From Phycisphaerae bacterium (lineage in GTDB: Bacteria > Planctomycetota > Phycisphaerae > UBA1845 > Fen-1342), in the NCBI GenBank assembly GCA_963675745.2, contig CAXXWX010000007.1, forward strand, positions 1 through 64,000: a stretch of 64,000 bases of DNA, given 5' to 3'. Within the stretch, counting starts at the first letter, position 1; every line of letters starts with the position of its first letter. A program made the position numbers and the translations under genes. The notes beneath the pieces are model-generated. The model saw only the letters and a program-made list of their open reading frames with translations, was not told the origin of the DNA and ran no database searches. Positions 27,677-36,834 of this stretch are shown here, piece by piece.

Positions 27677-29907
27677 GATCTCGACTCCGCACCGTCGTGT
27701 TCGATCGGCATGTGTAACGTGACACGGGTACCCTGACCCGGCTGGCCGGCGACGTCCACTTGGCCGCCCCAACGCAGCGCGCGCTCGCGCATGCCGACCA
27801 GCCCGACCGATTGCCGCCCGTCACGCTCGGTCGTGCCGATGCCGATACCATTGTCGGCAACCTTCAACACCAGCGTATCCGAGTGGACGGCGAGTGTCAC
27901 GTTGACCTCGGTGGCGCGCGCGTGGCGGGCCACGTTGGTCAGGCTCTCCTGAAATATACGAAAGACGGCCGTCGTCTGCTCGGGCGCGAGCGTAAGTTCT
28001 GTTGATGGCAGCGTTGCCCGGCAACTCAGCCCCGTGCGAATCTGAAACTCGCGCGTCTGCCATTCGATCGCCGCGCACAATCCGAAATCATCCAGAACCG
28101 AAGGACGCAGGTCGGCGCAGATTCTCCGCACGGTTCGGAGCGTCGTGTCGACGAGCTCACACATGGACGCGATTCGTCCTTGCGTGACTTCAGGCTCCTT
28201 CCACGGGCGTCCCTTGAGCCAGTGCAAATCCATGTTAAGAACCGTCAGCACCTGGCCGAGTTCGTCGTGGAGTTCGCGGGCGATGCGCGCGCGCTCCTCC
28301 TCGCGAACCGTCTGCAAACGCTGCATCACGCGGCGCAGCTCATCGGCCAGGTCGCGGTAACGTCGCTCACTCTTACGCAGCGCCTGCTCGGCCTGCTTGC
28401 GCTCGGTGATATTGACCACCGTGCCCTGGATGACGGTCAGCTCACCCTCGTTATCAGGCAGGAGGATCACGTTCTCCAGGATGTCGATGGGCGTGCCATC
28501 CTTACGCCGCAACCGCAGTTCAGAGTTGCTCATGACCTTGGCTTGCTTCAAGCGCTTGAGAAAGGCCTCCCGCTCGGCGTTTTCCAAATACAGATCGGGC
28601 GCGTGGTGGGCAATCAGTTCCTCGGGTGACTCATACCCCAGCATGCTGGCCATCGCCGCATTGCAGTCCAGGATCGTGCCATCGAGCCGCGTTCGGTAGA
28701 TGCCGGCCAGGTCGCGCTCGAACAGCAATCGATAGCGCTGCTCACTCTTGCGCAGCGCGTCCTCGGCCTGTTTGCGCAAGGTTACGTCGCGCAACACAAT
28801 CGCCACGTGGCGCATCCGGTCGAACTCAATGGGGTAGGCGATCAGGTCGACGATCGTTGTCGGCGCGCCGCTGCCGCGCGTGAGCAGCAGATCGGAAACG
28901 CGAACACGTGCGTTCTCGTCCAAGACGCGCGCGGGCAACGTCGCCCAATCCACGCCGGTATCGTGCCAATGCGGCCAGACATCCAGGAGTCTGCGCCCGG
29001 CACACGCCTCCGATTCCTTACCCAGCAGGTCGGTCTCGCCATCGTGGCATTCGATCAGGTGGCCCTGGGCGTCGCAGATAATGGCGGCATCCCGCAGGTT
29101 CGTGAAAAGTGAGCGGTGCTTTGCCTCGGATACCTGCAAATCGGCCCGGGCGGCGGCCAGCCGTTCAGCCATCAGGTCCAGCGCCTGGCCGAGTGCTCCG
29201 AGTTCGTCGTTCGGTCGCCAGCCCAGCCGAAAGCTCAGATTCCCACGCCCGAACTCCTGCGTGGCCACGTGAAAACGGCGTAACGGCGCGATTACCCAGC
29301 GGTGTACGAGCGACGCGCCCACCGTCACCAGCGCGGTGCCGAGCACGCCAATGACCAGCGACAGAACCAGAACCTGTGTGTTGGTGGCGACGAGTTCGTC
29401 GACCGCCTGGCCGCGCGAATCGCCGAGCATCGCGCGCGCGTCGCGCAGCTTCTGCTCCAGTGCCGGAAGCAGTCGTTCCCCGGCGTCGTCGTGCAGGATG
29501 GCGCGCGCTTTGTCGCGCTCACCGTCACGCACCAACGCCAGGCAGCGGTCACCGGCCTGCCGCAATTGTGCCCCCAGTTCGAGGGCATCGTCGGCGATTG
29601 CGTCACCGCTGGCGGGCAACGCGAATCTGGCTATCTGACGGAGCTCCTCGAAGAATCCCTCACGGCGTACGTGATACGCTTCGTCCGCTTCGCGCGACCC
29701 TTCAATCACTTCGCGCAATCGCAGTTGTTGCTCACGCGCCTCCAGCCTCACCCGCGCGATCCAGGTCGCGTCATCCAGCGAGCGTTGCAGGCTGGTAATC
29801 GCGTCATCGATGTGCAGACGGATGGCGTAGATGGTGCCGAATGTGGCCAGCAAGGCATAGATCGCAAACACGCCCAGTAGCCAGGTCAGTCGTCCTTGAA
29901 GACTCAT
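27673..29907 (-). CDS. sensor histidine kinase (TM-HAMP-PAS-PAS-HisKA_3-HATPase)
   Basis: Two TM helices, DELGALG HAMP, PAS/PAC motifs, ERARIARELHDELGQ, FQESLTNVARHA, DNGIG. Confidence 0.93.
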   Translation of the reverse strand: MSLQGRLTWLLGVFAIYALLATFGTIYAIRLHIDDAITSLQRSLDDATWIARVRLEAREQQLRLREVIEGSREADEAYHVRREGFFEELRQIARFALPASGDAIADDALELGAQLRQAGDRCLALVRDGERDKARAILHDDAGERLLPALEQKLRDARAMLGDSRGQAVDELVATNTQVLVLSLVIGVLGTALVTVGASLVHRWVIAPLRRFHVATQEFGRGNLSFRLGWRPNDELGALGQALDLMAERLAAARADLQVSEAKHRSLFTNLRDAAIICDAQGHLIECHDGETDLLGKESEACAGRRLLDVWPHWHDTGVDWATLPARVLDENARVRVSDLLLTRGSGAPTTIVDLIAYPIEFDRMRHVAIVLRDVTLRKQAEDALRKSEQRYRLLFERDLAGIYRTRLDGTILDCNAAMASMLGYESPEELIAHHAPDLYLENAEREAFLKRLKQAKVMSNSELRLRRKDGTPIDILENVILLPDNEGELTVIQGTVVNITERKQAEQALRKSERRYRDLADELRRVMQRLQTVREEERARIARELHDELGQVLTVLNMDLHWLKGRPWKEPEVTQGRIASMCELVDTTLRTVRRICADLRPSVLDDFGLCAAIEWQTREFQIRTGLSCRATLPSTELTLAPEQTTAVFRIFQESLTNVARHARATEVNVTLAVHSDTLVLKVADNGIGIGTTERDGRQSVGLVGMRERALRWGGQVDVAGQPGQGTRVTLHMPIEHDGAESRS

Positions 29908-29928
29908 CGCGCGTAAATGCCGCCCGTA

Positions 29929-30747
29929 CTAGTAACCAACGTGGGCCTGGAACTGCCAGTCCCAGTTCTCCTGCCCCGGTTGCGCGCTCGATAAGACATG
30001 GCCGCCCACGAAGGCCACGTTGGCGCGCCCACGGTGGCGGTCCGAAGGCATCCAGTAATGTCCGTCAGCGTACGGGTCTGAGGTGCCCGGCAAAGGTGGG
30101 GCCGTGTAGAACGGTGCTAGGCCGCGCGCCGTGGCGGCCCGGCCATCCACGTCGATCAGCAGGGGGGCATATGGATGATGCAGCACATCCGGCCCCACGC
30201 GCGTCGAGGCTTCAGGGGCCAGCACCGTATCCCCCATGAACTCGACCACGCCGCGGTACAAACGCATATTGACCGCCAGCGACACATCATTGGTCGGTCG
30301 TATGGCGTCACTGCACGGCAAACCGGCATGCTTGGTCAGCCGCAACGCGCCTGCCGGGCACAACATGATGTCAGATTTGGCCGAGAGCGTTGCCACGCCG
30401 CGGCCGGGCACATCCCAGAACTCGTCGATTCGGTAGAGATAATCCTGAAAATCGCTGATGAAGAAACGTCGCCGGCCGATGTCCTCGCTGTCACCCCAGC
30501 CTTCCTCGTTTTCCTCCTCAACGAAAAGCTGGAACTTGAAGCCGGCCGTCCGCATGTTGGACGAGCACTTCAGCGTCTTCATCTGGTCGCGCGCGCCCGC
30601 CAACGCCGGCAGCAAAACAGATAGCAACAGCGCGATCAGCGCTATTACCACCAGCAGCTCCACAAGCGTGAATGCCCGGCCGCGCACCGCGTTCGGGCGT
30701 CGGTCATCTGGCCGAGATTGCAGATATGGCGTTTGATCGCCGATCAC
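29929..30747 (-). CDS. prepilin-type N-terminal methylation protein (DUF1559/H-X9-DG-like)
   Basis: RAFTLVELLVVIALIALLLSVLLPAL..AR.....C.SN; C-terminal HRGRANVAFVGGH. Confidence 0.9.
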   Translation of the reverse strand: MIGDQTPYLQSRPDDRRPNAVRGRAFTLVELLVVIALIALLLSVLLPALAGARDQMKTLKCSSNMRTAGFKFQLFVEEENEEGWGDSEDIGRRRFFISDFQDYLYRIDEFWDVPGRGVATLSAKSDIMLCPAGALRLTKHAGLPCSDAIRPTNDVSLAVNMRLYRGVVEFMGDTVLAPEASTRVGPDVLHHPYAPLLIDVDGRAATARGLAPFYTAPPLPGTSDPYADGHYWMPSDRHRGRANVAFVGGHVLSSAQPGQENWDWQFQAHVGY

Positions 30748-32348
30748 TGGCCGCCTGTCCCCGTGAATGATCCCATGAAACGCTGCGTATCATCTCCGTC
30801 AATGTCCCCGTCCGCGTCGAAATCCGCAAGCCCGCAGACCAGTGGGTCGATTGGCACACCCGCGCCGCTGAAACATCTTTGCAAGCCCACCAGATCGAGC
30901 AGATCGATGTCCTCGTCGCCATCTGCGTCGCCCGGGCTGCTTACCAGCAGGATGTCCAGCTCGTCCACCACACCGCTGTGGTTCACGTCGAACACACTGA
31001 AGTCGAGCCCGAAGTCGAGCAGTTCGACGCGTCCGTCCGTCTTGCCGTCATTCGCATCCCTGTTTGAGATGAACTGTGCGATCAGCGAGCGATCCTGTTG
31101 ATCCGCCTCGGTGTCGCCATTGGCGTCGCCGCGGAACACGTCGGGATAGACATCGGTCCACACAAAGTACTCGCCGGTTGCATCCGCGGCCGTGTAACTC
31201 GTGCCGAGCAACGCCGTGATCTGCCATGATACAGGAGCCAAATACTCTTCAGCATCCTTGCCCACCCACTCCGCGATAATGATTTCCTCGGGCAAGCCGG
31301 TTGGATAGGTCTCCAGAAAAACCGCGCTGTCATGAAGGTCCTTTAGCGCCTCGAACACCGAGAAGTGGTCGGACGGATCGCCGTTCGGCGCTTCGGGTGG
31401 CTCTCCCCACATCAGCCCCGCGCCCGAGTTCTTCAGCGGGAAGACCAGTGAGATCAGCGTGACATCCTCAATCGGGTCATGCTCGAACTGCACCGTGCAG
31501 CGCGGCGCGTATTCGCCGGCGTAGGCACCTCCCGAGGCCAGGCTGAATTGTTCATAGCCGTGCGCGCGGTGGAACCACGGCGCGTCGATCCACCAGACCT
31601 CGCCCGCATCAAACACGCCGTCGCCGTTGCCTGCTACTTCAAGGATGTCGGTGCTTTCGAACACGCTGCCGAGCAAGGCGAGGTGAAACTCTTCCCCGCT
31701 GCGATCGACGTATGGCGGGCTGAGGAAATCCCCATCGAACGCTGATGCATCCAGAGCCGTGCGATCTTCCAGGTCGGCCACGGGAGGCTTCCCGCCAAAG
31801 CGTACGACGTTGCCGACGTAACGGTATTCCGGCGCATCCAACTCGCCGCCCGTCTCGATGTCGCTGTCCATATCGACTTCGATGAAGCCATAAACCGGGT
31901 GCGCGCCGTACGTGAACGGATAGAATTGCAGCCAGTCCGTCGGTCCCGGCGGATTCATGAGCCCATCCAACACAACGTCTAGACGAGCGAACTTCCCAGC
32001 CGACGCGTACTCACCAATGAACAGATCGACCTCCGGCGAAAAAGGGGCCCACTTGCCCACGATTATGTCGCGCAACTCGACCAACCGATGCAACTGCGGA
32101 TCAAACGCGCCATCAGCTCCGGGATCGGTGCGTCGCGCAGCCGAGTCGGGCAGTGCATCGGCGTACATAACGCAGAGCTCAGCGAGATCGTCGGCGGCGG
32201 ACAACCGCCCACTGAGCATCAGCATACCCGCGGCAAACAGCACCGCCAGCCCGGTCGATCGCCGGCGCGCGGCGGACACGCTGGTGTGCCGGCCGCCGCC
32301 GGCGCCCCGCGTGCGAATCCAGCCAGTTTGATGTGCTGCCCGGTTCAT
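30744..32348 (-). CDS. secreted acidic protein with dockerin/EF-hand-like C-terminal repeats
   Basis: Signal-like N-terminus; GDANGD, DVNHSGVVDELD, GDADGDEDIDLLD, DFDADGDIDGDD; stop overlaps the prepilin start. Confidence 0.7.
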   Translation of the reverse strand: MNRAAHQTGWIRTRGAGGGRHTSVSAARRRSTGLAVLFAAGMLMLSGRLSAADDLAELCVMYADALPDSAARRTDPGADGAFDPQLHRLVELRDIIVGKWAPFSPEVDLFIGEYASAGKFARLDVVLDGLMNPPGPTDWLQFYPFTYGAHPVYGFIEVDMDSDIETGGELDAPEYRYVGNVVRFGGKPPVADLEDRTALDASAFDGDFLSPPYVDRSGEEFHLALLGSVFESTDILEVAGNGDGVFDAGEVWWIDAPWFHRAHGYEQFSLASGGAYAGEYAPRCTVQFEHDPIEDVTLISLVFPLKNSGAGLMWGEPPEAPNGDPSDHFSVFEALKDLHDSAVFLETYPTGLPEEIIIAEWVGKDAEEYLAPVSWQITALLGTSYTAADATGEYFVWTDVYPDVFRGDANGDTEADQQDRSLIAQFISNRDANDGKTDGRVELLDFGLDFSVFDVNHSGVVDELDILLVSSPGDADGDEDIDLLDLVGLQRCFSGAGVPIDPLVCGLADFDADGDIDGDDTQRFMGSFTGTGGQ

Positions 32349-32687
32349 GATATTGGAGTCGCACACCTGCCGCGAAGAGCATTGCGCAATCAGTCCACCT
32401 CGCGCCGGGTTATAATCTCGCGCACGGTCAGCCACCATCAGACGTGACCTGCGCGGACGGCGAGCTTGCCCTACGTCAATTGTAGCATCTGACGCGGCCC
32501 AGACCCATGGCTATGTCGCCCGGCGGGCGGGAAAGCCGGTCACCAGGCCGCCGCGCCACGCCAATTCGGACGTTCAGCACGGATTGTTGCCACCCGCCGG
32601 CTTCGGTTATTCTACCGTCTTCCCCGCCGACGACGGGTCGGTGGGGCCCCCGGATCTCGCCGGCTCATTCACACACAGGTAGCCATT

Positions 32688-33773
32688 ATGCAACAGACCC
32701 CGCTGATGAAGTTACACGCGAAGCACGGAGCCCGGCTTGTGGACTTTGCTGGCTGGCAGATGCCCATAACGTATCGCGGTATCAAGGAAGAGCATCTGCA
32801 CACCCGCGCCCATTGCTCGGTCTTCGATGTCTCGCACATGGGGCGTCTGTACCTCACCGGCGATCGCGCGGCCGAATTTCTCGACCAGATCTGTACTCGC
32901 CGTATCGATAATATGAACGTCGGCCAGAGCCGCTATAGCCACATCTGCCGGGAAGACGGCGGTATTCTCGATGACGTGATTGTCTCACGCATGGAAGACC
33001 GCTTCCTGGTCGTCTGTAATGCCTCGAATCGCGACAAGATCGTCGCGTGGCTCAATCAGCATCGCGGCGATTTCCGTGTCGATCTTGTTGACCGCACCGC
33101 CGAGACGGCCATGGCGGCTCTCCAGGGCCCCGAATCGATGGAGCTGATCAAACGCATCGTGCCGCTGCCGCTCGATGATCTGAAACGCTACCACTTCAAG
33201 GCCGGCAGCGTCATGGGCGCCGAGTACTACATCGCCCGCAGCGGATACACGGGCGAGGACGGTGTAGAGGTCATAGTCCCCGCTAATTTCGCGATGATGG
33301 CGGTCAACGCGCTGATCGACAAAGCCGCTGAGCTCGGCGTGGACATCAGGCCCGCCGGTCTGGGGGCCCGGGACACGCTGCGACTCGAAGCCGGCATGCC
33401 GTTGTATGGTCATGAGCTCTGCGAAGACTGGGACCCCATCTCCGCCGGACAGAAATGGTGCTGTTATCTCGAGAAGGACTTCATCGGCGGCGATGTTCTC
33501 AAGCGGATCGCGGCCGAGGGCCCGCAGCGCTGCATCGCCGGGCTCGAAGTCGAGGGCAAGCGCATCGCGCGTGAGGGGGCAAAGGTCTTCCACGACGGAG
33601 CCGAGGTCGGCTTCGTCACCAGCGGCACGCACAGCCCGACGTTCGACAAGGTCATTGCAATGGGGCTGCTGAGTACCGCGGTCGCCGAGCCGGGCACGAT
33701 GCTCGAAGTCGATATCCGTGGCTCGCGCAGCCCGGCCAAGGTAGTGCCGCTGCCATTCTACAAACGCGCGTAG
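32688..33773 (+). CDS. gcvT: glycine cleavage system aminomethyltransferase T
   Basis: FAGWQMP, FDVSHMG, RSGYTGEDG, GLGARDTLRLEAG. Confidence 0.95.
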   Translation: MQQTPLMKLHAKHGARLVDFAGWQMPITYRGIKEEHLHTRAHCSVFDVSHMGRLYLTGDRAAEFLDQICTRRIDNMNVGQSRYSHICREDGGILDDVIVSRMEDRFLVVCNASNRDKIVAWLNQHRGDFRVDLVDRTAETAMAALQGPESMELIKRIVPLPLDDLKRYHFKAGSVMGAEYYIARSGYTGEDGVEVIVPANFAMMAVNALIDKAAELGVDIRPAGLGARDTLRLEAGMPLYGHELCEDWDPISAGQKWCCYLEKDFIGGDVLKRIAAEGPQRCIAGLEVEGKRIAREGAKVFHDGAEVGFVTSGTHSPTFDKVIAMGLLSTAVAEPGTMLEVDIRGSRSPAKVVPLPFYKRA

Positions 33774-33825
33774 CCACCGCCTTGAATGCGGCAAGCGCAT
33801 TTGACCACAGGCGACCAATCCGGCC

Positions 33826-33850
33826 GCGACCGACCAGAGGTCGCTCCCAC
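33826..33850 (-). repeat. GTGG/GTAG-type REP-like palindrome
   Basis: Minus strand GTGGGA-GCGACC-N7-GGTCGC between convergent gcvT and udgB. Confidence 0.4.
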
Positions 33851-33890
33851 AATCCCTCGTGGCCTCGTGGCCTATGGCCTCCGTCCGATC

Positions 33891-34568
33891 CTACCGCGCC
33901 AACACCGCCCGCGCCCGACTGAAAACCGCGTCCAACATTGGCTCGGTCAGGCGCCTCGTGAACGTGTTCTGCTGACTCGGGTGGTAAGACCCCAGCAGCG
34001 TGCGGCCGTCGGGCAGCAGGGTCTCGCCGCCATGTCCGAATTTGCCGGCTTTGACCTCAAGCATCCGTAACGTGTGCGTCCAGGCCAGCCCGCCGAGCGC
34101 CACAATCACCCGCCACGGCACGCGTGCCAGCGTCTCGCTCAGATAGGGGGCGCACTTGCCGAACTCCGCGGCGGTCGGCTTGTTGCCGGGCGGCGCGCAG
34201 CGGCACAGCGCGGTGATGAGGCAGTCCGTCAGCTTCAGGCCGTCGTGAGCGTCCGTGGAGTCCGGCTGGTTGGCGAACCCCGCTTTGTGCAGGGCACGAA
34301 AGAGCCAATCACCGCTGCGATCGCCAGTGAACATGCGGCCGGTGCGATTGGCGCCGTGGGCCCCCGGCGCGAGCCCGACGATCAACAGGCGGGCATGCGG
34401 GTCGCCGAAGTTCGCGACAGGTTTCCCCCAGTAGTCCTGATCCAGATACGCCGCCCGTTTGACGCGCGCGATTTCCGCGCAATGTTTGCGCAGTCGCACG
34501 CAGCGAGCGCATTCGGTAACCAGCGCCGCCTGTCGCGCGAGCCAATCTGGTGTGGCATCAGCAGTCAT
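33891..34568 (-). CDS. udgB: uracil-DNA glycosylase family 5 (Fe-S, UdgB-type)
   Basis: [47 protein letters not shown]. Confidence 0.9.
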   Translation of the reverse strand: MTADATPDWLARQAALVTECARCVRLRKHCAEIARVKRAAYLDQDYWGKPVANFGDPHARLLIVGLAPGAHGANRTGRMFTGDRSGDWLFRALHKAGFANQPDSTDAHDGLKLTDCLITALCRCAPPGNKPTAAEFGKCAPYLSETLARVPWRVIVALGGLAWTHTLRMLEVKAGKFGHGGETLLPDGRTLLGSYHPSQQNTFTRRLTEPMLDAVFSRARAVLAR

Positions 34569-34743
34569 GTCATCCCGCCTGCCCCCAAAAACCAACACTC
34601 CCCGACGAAGGTGACCAGTTGTCGACCTTCGACGAGGAGTGGGGGATGTATCTGAGTCAGCGCCCCTGCGGCACTCATTCCGATTGCCCCAGGATGCACT
34701 AACGCACCTGCCGCAGCAGGTTACAACCACTTTTAGTCGGAAT

Positions 34744-34947
34744 CTAGCTCAGCGGCCGCACTGACGTGGCCTTTGGTCCCTTCGGGCCCTCTGCAACTTC
34801 GAACTCAACGCGCTGCCCCTCGGCAAGCGTGCGAAACCCTTCGGCCTGAATGTCGCCATGGTGGACGAAAACGTCCTTGCCACCTTCGACACTAATAAAA
34901 CCGAACCCTTTTGTCTCGTTGAACCACTTCACAACACCTTGCTGCAT
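34744..34947 (-). CDS. cold-shock protein (CspA family)
   Basis: [15 protein letters not shown] (RNP1), DVFVHH (RNP2). Confidence 0.96.
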   Translation of the reverse strand: MQQGVVKWFNETKGFGFISVEGGKDVFVHHGDIQAEGFRTLAEGQRVEFEVAEGPKGPKATSVRPLS

Positions 34948-35056
34948 CTGATACGGCCTCTACTCGAATTGCAATACCCGGTCGCCGGGGCCCGTTAAAA
35001 CACCATTGTTTCAAACCAAGGCGGATTCCCCTGGACTCGACGGGATATACAAACCA

Positions 35057-35085
35057 AGTATCGCTCGCGTGCGGCACGCTGTCAA
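35057..35085 (-). promoter_or_regulatory. sigma70-type promoter of the csp gene
   Basis: TTGACA (35085-35080)-N17-GATACT (35062-35057), giving a roughly 100-nt 5' leader. Confidence 0.65.
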
Positions 35086-35144
35086 TGCCTGTTTACCGGA
35101 ACTTGGCGATGCGGCTATGTGGCGGCGTTGAATTTGGAGACGGA

Positions 35145-35191
35145 GCGGGGTGTCGAACGCGGTCCGAAACGGGTCGTGCTCGACACCCCGC
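35145..35191. terminator. long hairpin downstream of the OmcB-like operon
   Basis: GCGGGGTGTCGA/TCGACACCCCGC 12-bp arms with inner pairing; no clear U-tract. Confidence 0.5.
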
Positions 35192-35214
35192 CGCCCACAT
35201 GTTGCCAGCGCAGG

Positions 35215-36723
35215 CTATTCGTAAATGTGCGTGCTCTCGGTTTCATCGACCGAGCTCGTCATCTGGTCGCTGATCATCGAGACCTTGAAACGCACGTCAC
35301 CAGTGGCAACACCCTTGACGTTCACGTGATAGGTGGCCCGCTCGCGCGGTGCGAGTGAGGGCAACGGCGCGAAGCTGATCGTCTTTCCGGCGGCCGTTGC
35401 ATTCGTGGGGCCCGCGACGGAGACGAAGTCCTCCTCGGGTGGCAACTCACAGGTGATCGCTATGTTGGTGCCAGTCGCCGAGCCCTGGTTCACCACGGTG
35501 ATCTGGTAAGTCTCCTGGTTGCCGACCTCGATCGGGTCGTGGACGTCAACAACCTCGATCAGAATCGCCGGAATACCCTTCACTTCCATCCGCACCGCCG
35601 CACTTGCCTGGGCGCACACGGCCTGCGCGACCGCCGTATTCTCGATGACACCGACGCGCGTCGGCTTGAGCGTCAGGCTGACTGACCGACTGGCTCCGGG
35701 CGCGAGCGCGCCGAAGTTCCAGGTGACCTTCCCGCCCCCATACGAGCCGCTGTCGGATGCCTCGACGAACTCGGTACCGGCCGGAATGGTGTCAACCAGC
35801 ACGGTATTGGCGGCTACGGCGTCGCCGTCATTACGCACGGTCAACTGGAATGTCGCGGGTCTGCGAAGATAGCGGAAGGCCGGACCGGTCTTGGACAAGG
35901 CCAGCACCGGCTGGCGCACAACGGTCATAGCCGTGGCTTCGACTGTGAGGCCGCCGGCTTCCGTAGCCTTTGCCGTATTGAGATACTGTCCGGTTCGAGC
36001 CGCCCTGACGGTGGCGGAGAACTCGCGGGAAGCACCAGCGGCCAAATCGCCGGCGTTAAAGGCCAAGTCCTGGCGACCGTCCGTCGTGGTCAACCCGTCG
36101 GGCAGGCGGTCGGTGATTTGTACGTTACGCGCCACGCCCGTGCCGGTATTGGTGACCACAAAGCGCAGCGGGATCGGGTCGCAGACCAGCACTTCGGCTG
36201 GTGCCGTCTTGACCAGGGCCAGTTCAGGCTGGACCACCTTGGTGGTCGCACAAGTCTGCGTGGTGAATGTGACCTGTGCGCATGACGTCAGGTCTTCCAT
36301 GCGTTCGGGCGACGCGCCGATTCGAAAAACGACCGATTGGCCGCCGCCGAATCTGGGAATCTCCCAGATGGCCTGCTGGCTCGCACGGCGTGTGGGCTCG
36401 GGCGTGATGCTGGTCACGTTCAGCGCTTGGGCGAACTGCTCTGTGACCACCATCCCCCGAAGCTCGGCCCGCGTCAGATTCGTCAGCTTCACTTCATACG
36501 TGAATGCCTCACCCATGCGGACATTGGCGGGCACGAACCTCTCCAGCAGCAAGATGCTCGTGGCCCGATCGCCGGTCGGGTAGGCCCATTCGGTTCTTCC
36601 GTAGGATGTCATGGCGCGTTGGGCGGGCGCCTGTGCCTCGGCCAGCGCGACAAAACTCATCGCGACCATCACGCCGATAAGCGGTCGCATCAGATGCGCG
36701 CGGAGGTTTCGTTCCTGGATCAC
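35215..36723 (-). CDS. DUF11-repeat OmcB-like periplasmic protein (paralogue 2)
   Basis: Signal peptide; DUF11 repeats (V.N.G...A.NV.ITD.LP.G); C-terminus DPIEVG..ETY.ITV.NQGSA...ESTHIYE resembling chlamydial OmcB. Confidence 0.8.
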   Translation of the reverse strand: MIQERNLRAHLMRPLIGVMVAMSFVALAEAQAPAQRAMTSYGRTEWAYPTGDRATSILLLERFVPANVRMGEAFTYEVKLTNLTRAELRGMVVTEQFAQALNVTSITPEPTRRASQQAIWEIPRFGGGQSVVFRIGASPERMEDLTSCAQVTFTTQTCATTKVVQPELALVKTAPAEVLVCDPIPLRFVVTNTGTGVARNVQITDRLPDGLTTTDGRQDLAFNAGDLAAGASREFSATVRAARTGQYLNTAKATEAGGLTVEATAMTVVRQPVLALSKTGPAFRYLRRPATFQLTVRNDGDAVAANTVLVDTIPAGTEFVEASDSGSYGGGKVTWNFGALAPGASRSVSLTLKPTRVGVIENTAVAQAVCAQASAAVRMEVKGIPAILIEVVDVHDPIEVGNQETYQITVVNQGSATGTNIAITCELPPEEDFVSVAGPTNATAAGKTISFAPLPSLAPRERATYHVNVKGVATGDVRFKVSMISDQMTSSVDETESTHIYE

Positions 36724-36770
36724 TTGTTTCTCCTGTTTAGCTCGGTCCCCTTGAGGTTTTGTGTATATAC

Positions 36771-36811
36771 GCAGGAGGGAGGCCGGATCTCAGATCCGAC
36801 CTCCCTCCTGC
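36771..36811. other. intercistronic hairpin between OmcB-like paralogues
   Basis: GCAGGAGGGAGG-C-CGGATCT-C-AGATCCG-A-CCTCCCTCCTGC near-perfect inverted repeat, no U-tract. Confidence 0.7.
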
Positions 36812-36834
36812 TACTCGTTACCAGAGCGGCGCAC

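Noticed and set aside
32455..32687. Glycine riboswitch upstream of gcvT, or c-di-GMP-I-like CCAGACCCATGGCT
   Set aside because: No GGAGA/CCGAAG/CTCTCAGG aptamer core; the GGCAAA-GAAA stem of c-di-GMP-I is absent
33891..34730. ORF-track N-terminal extensions (also on the HAF gene, response regulator, kinase, glycogen synthase, nusB)
   Set aside because: Low-complexity extensions overlapping neighbours or promoters; downstream starts fit the RBS and family length better
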